DNA of 64,000 nucleotides, from the NCBI GenBank assembly GCA_963699155.1, contig OY969414.1:1899757-1963756 (forward strand), read 5' to 3'. The notes under the pieces are model-generated. The model had not been told where the DNA came from. It worked only from the letters and a program-made list of their open reading frames with translations, and did no database searches. The translations under genes and the position numbers were made by a program. Positions 1 to 7,815 of this stretch are shown here, piece after piece; the first letter of the stretch is position 1, and each line of letters starts with the position of its first letter. The stretch comes from an uncultured Chlamydiales bacterium. Its GTDB lineage: Bacteria; Chlamydiota; Chlamydiia; Chlamydiales; JAAKFR01.

Positions 1-1662
1 CCGACAGGCATGTTCTGCGCCGCAGCTCTATTGTTGATATTCTCAGAGTCCCACTATCTGGGGATGATGGTTGCAGCTTTTGCCCTGATTCTCGTGCTTT
101 TCCTGCGCTCCAGCTATCCTAAGGCCATTTTCAGAAATCTTGTGGCCACCAGCATCCGTTTTGAAACGAAAGCCTCTTATTATCTGAATCAGTTTTCAAA
201 CAAAGAGCTCAAAAGATCGGAGTTCGGCCTCCTTTCCCATCTCAAATTGAGCAGTGAAAAGAAACAGATGTTTGCCTACGAATACCTGCTCAAAATTGGC
301 CATGAACGGGTTCTTCCCCGTTTACTCAACCACATTGGAAAGTTGAGCCTTCCAGGAAAGCTGAAAGCGATCGAGCTGTTGAGTGAAAGTAGATGGGCAA
401 AGGAGACTCTTGTCTTAGAACGGCTGGAGCGCTGGCGCCGGATTCTCCCCCATCCTGCGATCAAGAGCTCTATCCACTTCTATCTCGCGCGGCATGGACT
501 ATTGCGCCCCGAAAAAATCATGCATGACCTCAAGAGTGAGCATCTTGGACTGAGAGCCGCTGCGATCCTGACGCTCAAGACAGCTCCCACCGCCTTTCAG
601 TTCCCCTCCTTCTTTGCTCAGGCCAACGACAATCTCCAAGGAATGCTCGCCTCCAAAAATGATCAGGAGGTCTGTCTGGCTCTAGAGATCCTTGGCCTCG
701 AAAAAGATCCTCAGCATATGGATACGCTCTTTCCCTTCATAAAACATCCCTCCCCTTCAGTGAATCGCGCCGCCGCCAAAGCGATCGCCCTGGCGGCCCA
801 CCCCGACCATAAAGAGTATGCCGAACAGATGATCCATAGGCTCGATTTCATGAGGGATCCCGAGATCCGGATCCACTGTTTACAGGCACTCGAAAAATTG
901 GCCTCTCACGAGATTGTCCGCCCTCTCATTTTAGCAGCGGTCCATTTCCGCCCCAATGAGCATAAGTTTGTCGAGCGCATCATTCTCGGCATCCCCGACA
1001 ACCTCACATCGATCCTCGTGCAGATCGTCCAGGACCGTCGCGTGGCTGATAAATGCCGCCTCCTCGCCGGTAAAATTTTAGGCAAAAAAGATCGCAAAAC
1101 GTTACAGAAAAGGCTCTACTCCCTTATCAGCCGCGAAATTGAACGCGCCTACTTCTACTTTTATCATGCCCAAATGATCCAGCAGCAGGTTCCTGAACAT
1201 GACCTGACCATCCTGCAAAAGGCGTTGAAGACAGGCTACCATTCGATCATCGACTTCATCATTCAACTGCTCGGCGTCGCCGGCTCTTTAGAAGAGTGTG
1301 AAGTGCTCTCCCATACGCTGAGAAGCCAAAACCGCAAGATCCGCGCCCAGGCCGTCGAGTCGCTCGAAAAAACGTGCGATGCCCGCCTCTTTGCGCTGCT
1401 TGAGCCACTCATCGATGAAGGGAATCCTGAGGAGACGGCACGCCTCTTTATCAAAGGAGGCGGAATTCCCCTCAACCTCACCCAGCTGCTCGATGCGATG
1501 AACCACTCCTCATCGCGCGCCGACCAGATCATCTCTCTCGCAATGAAAGCCCAGTTGAAAACGCCCGATTGGCGCACCACTCTGCGTGAAAAACTAGACA
1601 GCAACGAAGAAATTTTCCACCACTTTGCACACGAACTTTTGGAGGGACATGCGACACTTTAA
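1..1662 (+). CDS. Membrane protein with C-terminal HEAT/ARM repeats (chlamydial CT234-like), 5' end outside window
   Basis: Frame is open from base 1. TM segment followed by helical repeats. Lies directly upstream of a cNMP-binding gene and acpP, as in Chlamydia. Confidence 0.7.
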   Translation, partial: PTGMFCAAALLLIFSESHYLGMMVAAFALILVLFLRSSYPKAIFRNLVATSIRFETKASYYLNQFSNKELKRSEFGLLSHLKLSSEKKQMFAYEYLLKIGHERVLPRLLNHIGKLSLPGKLKAIELLSESRWAKETLVLERLERWRRILPHPAIKSSIHFYLARHGLLRPEKIMHDLKSEHLGLRAAAILTLKTAPTAFQFPSFFAQANDNLQGMLASKNDQEVCLALEILGLEKDPQHMDTLFPFIKHPSPSVNRAAAKAIALAAHPDHKEYAEQMIHRLDFMRDPEIRIHCLQALEKLASHEIVRPLILAAVHFRPNEHKFVERIILGIPDNLTSILVQIVQDRRVADKCRLLAGKILGKKDRKTLQKRLYSLISREIERAYFYFYHAQMIQQQVPEHDLTILQKALKTGYHSIIDFIIQLLGVAGSLEECEVLSHTLRSQNRKIRAQAVESLEKTCDARLFALLEPLIDEGNPEETARLFIKGGGIPLNLTQLLDAMNHSSSRADQIISLAMKAQLKTPDWRTTLREKLDSNEEIFHHFAHELLEGHATL

Positions 1663-2071
1663 TCTGATCGACAAAGCCTTTCTTCTTAAAAAGACCACCC
1701 TCTTCGGGTCGCTCGACCTCGATCTGCTCCTCTCCATCGCCGATAAGATGGAAGCATTAAACTATAAACCCACTGATAAGGTTTTTCAGCTCGATCAGGA
1801 TGCCACCCGAATGTATGTGATCATCTCTGGCCAAATCGCAATCGAGGATAAGGGGGGCATCCAGCTCGCCGAGCTTCTCCCTGGCGACTTTTTTGGAGAC
1901 GAGGCCCTTTTCAACGAAAAGCGCCGCTCCTACATCGCCCTCTGCAACACCAAAGTCGAGCTGCTGGCCCTCTCCCGCTCCCACCTCCTCAGTATCCTCC
2001 AGGAGTGCCCCTCTGTCGCTATCGCCCTCCTTGAATCCTATTCTGCCCCCCTCTCCTTCCGTCCCCGTTAA
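1649..2071 (+). CDS. Cyclic nucleotide-binding domain protein (CT235-like)
   Basis: cNMP motif MYVIISGQI...LLPGDFFGDEAL...R. ATG at 1649 follows GGAGG. Confidence 0.85.
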   Translation: MRHFNLIDKAFLLKKTTLFGSLDLDLLLSIADKMEALNYKPTDKVFQLDQDATRMYVIISGQIAIEDKGGIQLAELLPGDFFGDEALFNEKRRSYIALCNTKVELLALSRSHLLSILQECPSVAIALLESYSAPLSFRPR

Positions 2072-2114
2072 GAGCCATTTCTCGAGAGAAATTCACAATG
2101 AGAATGGCTCTTAA
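2068..2114. terminator. Inverted repeat after the cNMP gene, probable terminator (or IS-end remnant)
   Basis: TTAAGAGCCATT (2068-2079) pairs with AATGGCTCTTAA (2103-2114). Confidence 0.45.
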
Positions 2115-2123
2115 ATAAAGAAG

Positions 2124-2153
2124 TTGATTCTTTATCGAACCTTGATTTATAAT
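2124..2153 (+). promoter_or_regulatory. Putative sigma66/70 promoter of the small membrane-protein array
   Basis: TTGATT-18 bp-TATAAT, then AGGAG RBS and ATG at 2177. Confidence 0.55.
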
Positions 2154-2176
2154 CATAATTCAAACCAGGAGTTTTT

Positions 2177-2479
2177 ATGTCAGCAATTGCTTATAGGTGT
2201 ACCGGTGCATTTTGTGGAATCGTTCCCGAAAAAAGGGAAAAGGGTGGACAAATTTGTGATGGAGAGTGTGAAACCAGAGTCTGTGTCGGCCTAGGTTTGG
2301 GAGGTTTCGATATTTTAGCCACCATCACCCTGCTTGTTGTGGGCATTTTGGGAGCCTGCTCCGTCATCCCGATGCACCCCGGTGCTGCCTATAGCATGAT
2401 TGGCGTCGGAAGCCTCTTCGTCTTAGGATATATAGGTCTTGTTATCTTAACCAGATTAGCTAATGGGGGGGGTAGATAA
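2177..2479 (+). CDS. Small Cys-rich Inc-like membrane protein, paralog 1
   Basis: RBS present. Bilobed hydrophobic domain FDILATITLLVVGILGA..VI...AAYSMIG. Confidence 0.75.
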   Translation: MSAIAYRCTGAFCGIVPEKREKGGQICDGECETRVCVGLGLGGFDILATITLLVVGILGACSVIPMHPGAAYSMIGVGSLFVLGYIGLVILTRLANGGGR

Positions 2480-2484
2480 ACAAT

Positions 2485-2748
2485 ATGGCATGTCCCACTT
2501 TATCCCTTTCAAACTGCTGCTGCGGCGCTATTGATAAGCTTCACCATAGAAATCTTGTAGGTGCAATAGGATGCCTCTTTGATATCTTAGCCACGATTAC
2601 CTGTGTCGTGGTAGGTATTTTAGGGGCCACAGCTGTCATCCCTAAGTTAGGCCCTGCCGCTTCTTACAGTCTGATCGGCATCGGTTCAGCCATTCCTCTG
2701 CTCTATGGGATCACGTTTTTAGTGAAATCTTGCATTTGCAATCGTTAA
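2485..2748 (+). CDS. Small Cys-rich Inc-like membrane protein, paralog 2
   Basis: FDILATITCVVVGILGATAVI...AASYSLIG. N-terminal CCC. Confidence 0.75.
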   Translation: MACPTLSLSNCCCGAIDKLHHRNLVGAIGCLFDILATITCVVVGILGATAVIPKLGPAASYSLIGIGSAIPLLYGITFLVKSCICNR

Positions 2749-2754
2749 TTTTTA

Positions 2755-3033
2755 ATGTGCTGCCCCCTACTCTATTTCACCGATGGCTGCAAAAAGTCAC
2801 TCCCAGATACCTTTTGTGAAAACAATTGGGTCCACCGGATCATGTGCTCCTCTCTGATTTTTGATAGCCTGGCAGCCCTCACAACCCTCACCTTGGGCAT
2901 ACTAGGCCTATTATCTTTGATCGGTATCCCTCCCGCCGCTTCCTATGCCTCCCTCGCCACATCTGGGGCCATTTGTGGCCTCCTTCTCCTCGCCTTGATC
3001 CACGCCCAATATTTTAATGACCAACCCCTATAA
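2755..3033 (+). CDS. Small Cys-rich Inc-like membrane protein, paralog 3
   Basis: FDSLAALTTLTLGILG...PPAASYA. Starts MCCP. Confidence 0.75.
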   Translation: MCCPLLYFTDGCKKSLPDTFCENNWVHRIMCSSLIFDSLAALTTLTLGILGLLSLIGIPPAASYASLATSGAICGLLLLALIHAQYFNDQPL

Positions 3034-3044
3034 AGGAGTCTATT

Positions 3045-3326
3045 ATGTGTTTCCCTTCCCTCTACTTTACAGGTATGTGCTGTGACAAGTTGCCCGCTCA
3101 AAGAGATAAATTTGGCACAGTTTGCGGCAATACCCGAAATACACTCTCAGTGAGTAGTATGGTCTCAGACGCACTCCTCTTCATCACCTTACTGGTCGTC
3201 GGTATTCTCGGCGCTACCTCCGTCATCACCATGCCCCCGGCTGCTGCTTACAGCCTGCTCGGCCTCGCCTCCCTCATCTTCCTCACAAGCGCAATCACCT
3301 GTGTCAAATGCTACGTCGAAGCCTAG
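3045..3326 (+). CDS. Small Cys-rich Inc-like membrane protein, paralog 4
   Basis: AAGGAG RBS. DALLFITLLVVGILGATSVI.MPPAAAYSLLG. Confidence 0.75.
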   Translation: MCFPSLYFTGMCCDKLPAQRDKFGTVCGNTRNTLSVSSMVSDALLFITLLVVGILGATSVITMPPAAAYSLLGLASLIFLTSAITCVKCYVEA

Positions 3327-3378
3327 CACCCACATCTACCCCAAATTCAGGCCATTTTGGCCTCACCAAAAAAAGAGC

Positions 3379-3407
3379 TTGCTTCTTAATTAAAACTTAA
3401 TTATTAT
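3379..3407 (+). promoter_or_regulatory. Putative sigma66/70 promoter for paralog 5
   Basis: TTGCTT-17 bp-TATTAT upstream of GGAGG RBS. Confidence 0.45.
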
Positions 3408-3448
3408 AGAGCATAATTATCTATATAACTAACAAATGGAGGTAAATT

Positions 3449-3781
3449 ATGGCGTTCGCCGTTGGACACACAATTATGAATAGTGCCTGTTGCAGTGAAG
3501 TTTCTAGAAATGGTCCTTTCAGTCTCGGCTCACTGGTATTTGATGCTGTAGCCACGATCACACTTCTGGTCGTTGGCATCTTGGGTGCCACAGGGATCAT
3601 TCCTGGCGTAGGTTCTCCAGGTCATTGGATTTGCATCGGCCTTGGCGCCGCCATCCCCGTTCTTGATGTGCTAACTATAGTAAAACATAGATGCTGCAGA
3701 AAAAACGACTATCAATACGTAGCTATCCACTCTCATTATGTACCTGAAAGTGTCGTAGTCACGGCTGGTGAGACTTATTAA
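3449..3781 (+). CDS. Small Cys-rich Inc-like membrane protein, paralog 5
   Basis: GGAGG RBS. FDAVATITLLVVGILGATGII core. Confidence 0.75.
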   Translation: MAFAVGHTIMNSACCSEVSRNGPFSLGSLVFDAVATITLLVVGILGATGIIPGVGSPGHWICIGLGAAIPVLDVLTIVKHRCCRKNDYQYVAIHSHYVPESVVVTAGETY

Positions 3782-3784
3782 TAC

Positions 3785-3828
3785 AAAAAACAAGAAGCAA
3801 GTAACTGAAACCAGCTACTTGCTTCTTT
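3785..3828. terminator. Intrinsic, probably bidirectional terminator between convergent genes
   Basis: Stem AAGAAGCAAGTA.CTG / CAG.TACTTGCTTCTT flanked by A and T runs. Confidence 0.7.
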
Positions 3829-3847
3829 GATTTGAGTGAAGGGTGTT

Positions 3848-4084
3848 TTACTTCCCTTTCTTCTGGTTGATGTAGTTGATGACATCACCAACAGTTTTGA
3901 GCTTCTCTGCTTCTTCTTCGGAAATCTCGAAGCCGAAACGCTCTTCAAATGTCATGATCAACTCAGTTAAATCCAAACTATCTGCATTGAGATCTTCGAC
4001 GAACGACTTCTGGGGGGTGACATCTTTCTCATCGACCCCTAGCTGTTCGACAACGATATCAATGACCTCTTGTTCTAGTGACAT
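3848..4084 (-). CDS. acpP: Acyl carrier protein (alternative start 4108)
   Basis: DLNADSLD phosphopantetheine motif. MSLEQEV start resembles chlamydial AcpP. Confidence 0.95.
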   Translation of the reverse strand: MSLEQEVIDIVVEQLGVDEKDVTPQKSFVEDLNADSLDLTELIMTFEERFGFEISEEEAEKLKTVGDVINYINQKKGK

Positions 4085-4210
4085 AGTTGTTTCCTGTTCT
4101 TTTGTCATGTTACTCCTTAACGATGAAAAAGAGTTAGTATACCTTTCTTCACCGCTTTTTTGCAAATATTTTAGACCTCTTGCCAAACCTCCTGGGGCAG
4201 CAGAGGAGGT

Positions 4211-4963
4211 CTAATGCATCACCATCCCGCCGTCGACGGTGAGGACTTGGCCCGTTATATAATCGGCGAGGGGACTGGCCAAAAAGAGTGCCGCGGCCGC
4301 GATATCTTTGGGCTGCCCCATTTTTTGCATCGGGATCTGGTTTAATATGGCCTCTTTCTGCTTCTCATTGAGGGCAAGAGTCATGTCGGTCTCGATAAAA
4401 CCAGGAGCGATGCAGTTCGCGCAAATGTTACGAGAGGCCAGCTCCTTGGCGAGCGATTTGGTAAAGCCGATCATCCCCGCTTTGGAAGCGGCATAATTGG
4501 TCTGCCCGGCATTACCCATCAGTCCGACGACCGAGGCTATATTGATAATTTTTCCTTGACGCTGCTTCATCATCGGCCTGACAATGGATCTGCAGGTGTT
4601 ATAGACCGATTTGAGATTGGTGGTGAGGACAATATCCCACTCCTCGGGAGAGAGGCGCATCAGGAGGTTATCGCGGGTCACTCCTGCATTGTTGACCAAG
4701 ATATCGACGGAACCAAAATCTTGATAGACCTGCTCGATACACTTCTCGACCTGATTGCCATCAGAAACATCGACCTGATAAAAGCGCACTTGGCCCGTGC
4801 CTTGCGATTTTAACTCCTGAGCCGCTATCTCGCCCTTTTCACGGTTAGTGCCAAAGAGGGCCACTGCCGCTCCTTGCTCCACAAAAGAGGCGGCGATCGC
4901 TTTACCGATGCCCCGAGTGCCGCCCGTGACAATCGCTTTTTTATCTGCTAGTAATCTGTTCAT
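4211..4963 (-). CDS. fabG: 3-oxoacyl-ACP reductase
   Basis: TGGTRGIG, NNAG, YAASK motifs; fab operon. Confidence 0.95.
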   Translation of the reverse strand: MNRLLADKKAIVTGGTRGIGKAIAASFVEQGAAVALFGTNREKGEIAAQELKSQGTGQVRFYQVDVSDGNQVEKCIEQVYQDFGSVDILVNNAGVTRDNLLMRLSPEEWDIVLTTNLKSVYNTCRSIVRPMMKQRQGKIINIASVVGLMGNAGQTNYAASKAGMIGFTKSLAKELASRNICANCIAPGFIETDMTLALNEKQKEAILNQIPMQKMGQPKDIAAAALFLASPLADYITGQVLTVDGGMVMH

Positions 4964-5888
4964 AGACCTTATCTAAGTCCTCTACTGTGTTGATGGTGAG
5001 AGTCGGTACAGCAACCCCGATCTGCTTATTCATTCCCGTGAGCGTTTTTCCACAACCGATTTCGATAAAGAGATCGACCTCTGGCATCATCGTATGGACA
5101 CTCTGCTCCCAACGCACCGATGAGCAGAGTTGCTGAATCATCTCTCTGCGAATCTGCTCCGGATCATCCACAAAATGGCCGCTAACATTCATGACGAGAC
5201 GTGTGGGGCTGGTTAGAATATCGACTTCTCGGATACGTGCGGATAACTTCTCTTCCGCCAAACGCATCAAACCTGAGTGAAAGGCGCCATGCACTTTTAA
5301 CGGAATGGCCCGCTTGGCTCCTCGTGCTTTGGCTGCCGCCATGCCCGCCTCGACCCCTTTGAGGGTGCCCGAGATGACCGTTTGACCCGGGCAATTGAAA
5401 TTGGCCACCCAGAGATCGTTTGGCAGTTTGAGCGATGCCACCAGCTCCTCTACCTCAGGAGCTGTCAGTCCAAAGAGAGCCGCCATAGTCCCCTGCGTAG
5501 CTTCACAGGCGGCATTCATCGCCTCTCCACGAAATTGGACTAAGGGAAGTGCTGTTGTGAAAGGAATTCTTCCGCTCACTGTGAGGGCACTATATTCGCC
5601 TAAGCTCAATCCGGCACAAACCGCTGGCTTCAATTCGGGAAATTGCCCTCGAAGGACCTCGACCATCGCTAAGCTGGTCAGATAGATCCCTGTCTGGCTA
5701 TTGCGTGTTTCGGTGAGCGTTTCGAGAGGGCCTTCAAAGACAATTTTCGAAAGCGATCGTTTTAATATCTCATCTCCTTGGTCAAAAATATCGCGGGCAG
5801 CACGGAACACTTGGTAAAAGTCTTTGCCCATCCCAACCGTCTGAGCTCCCTGACCGGGGAATAAGAAGGCGATCCGTTTTAAACTCAT
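4941..5888 (-). CDS. fabD: Malonyl-CoA:ACP transacylase
   Basis: FPGQGAQ, GLSLGEY, GAFHS motifs. ATG at 5888 overlaps the fabH stop (ATGA). Confidence 0.95.
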   Translation of the reverse strand: MSLKRIAFLFPGQGAQTVGMGKDFYQVFRAARDIFDQGDEILKRSLSKIVFEGPLETLTETRNSQTGIYLTSLAMVEVLRGQFPELKPAVCAGLSLGEYSALTVSGRIPFTTALPLVQFRGEAMNAACEATQGTMAALFGLTAPEVEELVASLKLPNDLWVANFNCPGQTVISGTLKGVEAGMAAAKARGAKRAIPLKVHGAFHSGLMRLAEEKLSARIREVDILTSPTRLVMNVSGHFVDDPEQIRREMIQQLCSSVRWEQSVHTMMPEVDLFIEIGCGKTLTGMNKQIGVAVPTLTINTVEDLDKVYEQITSR

Positions 5889-6892
5889 GACTCTTCCACC
5901 TTCGATAAAAGAGTTGCGCCCCAAGTGAAACCGGCTCCAAAAGCGACTAGGAGGATATTTTCACCTTCTTTGACCGTTTTTTCTTTCAGAAACTCATCTA
6001 GAGCAATGGCGATCGCAGATGCCGAAGTATTTCCATACTTGTGGACCGTTTTAAAGACCTTCTCTTCTGCGATCTCGAACCGTTTGGCGATCGCATCGAT
6101 GATCCGTTCGTTAGCTTGGTGAGGGATCAACCAGCCGATCGCCCCTTCGGAGATGCCCGCTTTGGTTAGACACTCCTTGGCAGCATTTTCCATGCGGCGC
6201 ACCGCATGTTTAAAAACCTCTTTCCCCTCCATCACGATATAGTGCTCATTGTTTTGCACCGTTTCCATCGAGGCAGGCCTTCTGCAGCCGCCAGCAGGGA
6301 GGATCAAAAGTTCAGCCACCTCTCCATCGGCGCCCAAACAGGCCTCCTGGATGATTAACCCCTTTCCCGAATTGCTCACCACACAGGCTGCAGCCCCATC
6401 TCCAAAGAGGACACAGGTGTTGCGATCCTTATAATTGGTAATCGAAGAGAGCTTTTCCGAAGCGATCAATAAAATATTTTTATAGAGACCCGATTCGATA
6501 TAGCTTTTGGCCATCGATAGGCCGTAGAGATAGCCGGTGCAGGCAGCTTGGAAGTCAAAGGCAGCTGCTTGAGGTGCCCCTAAAGCCCGCTGAATCAGCG
6601 CCGCCGTGCTGGGGAAGATGAAATCGGGGGTCAGGGTAGCCACGAGGATAAGATCGATCTCTTGAGCACTCTTTCCGGCCGCCTCCAAAGCTCTCTGGGC
6701 CGCCTTTACACCCATCTCGGAGGTAAATTCGTCCGCGCGAGCAATCCGACGCTCTTTTATACCGGTACGGGTCGTGATCCACTCATCGGAAGTGTCCACC
6801 ATCTGTTCGAGATCTTGATTCGAAAGAACTCGCTCAGGTAGGTAGGATCCTGTCCCGATAAGACGAGCTTGAATTGACTTTGCTTTAGCCAT
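5885..6892 (-). CDS. fabH: 3-oxoacyl-ACP synthase III
   Basis: AACTG, PHQAN, GNTSAS catalytic motifs. Confidence 0.95.
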   Translation of the reverse strand: MAKAKSIQARLIGTGSYLPERVLSNQDLEQMVDTSDEWITTRTGIKERRIARADEFTSEMGVKAAQRALEAAGKSAQEIDLILVATLTPDFIFPSTAALIQRALGAPQAAAFDFQAACTGYLYGLSMAKSYIESGLYKNILLIASEKLSSITNYKDRNTCVLFGDGAAACVVSNSGKGLIIQEACLGADGEVAELLILPAGGCRRPASMETVQNNEHYIVMEGKEVFKHAVRRMENAAKECLTKAGISEGAIGWLIPHQANERIIDAIAKRFEIAEEKVFKTVHKYGNTSASAIAIALDEFLKEKTVKEGENILLVAFGAGFTWGATLLSKVEES

Positions 6893-7118
6893 AGAAGCAA
6901 GAATTTTACCAATTGATAATATAAAATGAAAGGTTTAAAACTGCTTGTCTATCTTGACTTTGTACATTTTTTGACGGCAGATTCGAGGAAACGACTGGCG
7001 ATTTATTTATTTTTTTGCGAAATTCATAGCCGAAGGCGCTATTAATGAGCAAAAAAATGAATAAAGCGACGGCGTTTTCTCTCGAAGATGCCTCAAAAAA
7101 TGTACAAAGTCGAGATAT

Positions 7119-7712
7119 ATGCAATACCCTGATCATCTATTAAAATTAATTGCGATTTTCAAAAAACTTCCTGGAGTTGGTTCCAAGAGCGCAGAACGGT
7201 TTGCCTTTCACCTCCTAGATTGGCCCGAGGAAAAACTGCTCGAGATGGGCCAAACCATCACCTCGACAAAAAGAAATTTAAAAAACTGCAGCGAATGTGG
7301 CTTTATTATCGAAGAGCAGTGCCCAATCTGTTCCGATTCTGGCCGTGAAACGACCACTCTCTGTGTCGTCGCCTCGCCTAAAGATATCTTTTTAATTGAG
7401 CAGACTCACAGCTTCCAAGGTCACTACCATGTTTTAGGGAGCCTCTTGTCCCCTCTTCATGGCATGGCACCACCGCCCCACTCGATAGAGAAGCTGAAGG
7501 AGAGGGCCCAGCGATTGGGCGTTGAAGAGATGATCTTCGCTCTCGATTCGACCCTTGAGGGGGATGCGACGGCGCTCTTCCTCAAAAAAGAGTTGGAGCC
7601 ACTCCAGTTGCGCACCTCGCGCCTCGCCCTTGGACTGCCTATGGGTAGCTCTCTTGACTACATTGACGGCGGGACGCTGGCGCGTGCGCTAGCCGGTCGT
7701 CACAGTTATTAG
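7119..7712 (+). CDS. recR: Recombination mediator RecR
   Basis: LPGVG.KSAER HhH motif, C4 zinc finger, Toprim EGDAT. Confidence 0.95.
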   Translation: MQYPDHLLKLIAIFKKLPGVGSKSAERFAFHLLDWPEEKLLEMGQTITSTKRNLKNCSECGFIIEEQCPICSDSGRETTTLCVVASPKDIFLIEQTHSFQGHYHVLGSLLSPLHGMAPPPHSIEKLKERAQRLGVEEMIFALDSTLEGDATALFLKKELEPLQLRTSRLALGLPMGSSLDYIDGGTLARALAGRHSY

Positions 7713-7815
7713 CCACGCCCTCACCGGCACCCCGCGAGTAAAGGAATGAGCTCGGTCGCCACAGTTATTAAATGTTTGCAGAAATAGCCCGGCTGGCTTA
7801 CGATTTCTCTACTTT

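Noticed and set aside
4109..4186. N-terminally extended 112-aa AcpP
   Set aside because: The upstream TTG start is unsupported, and ACP homology begins at MSLEQ.
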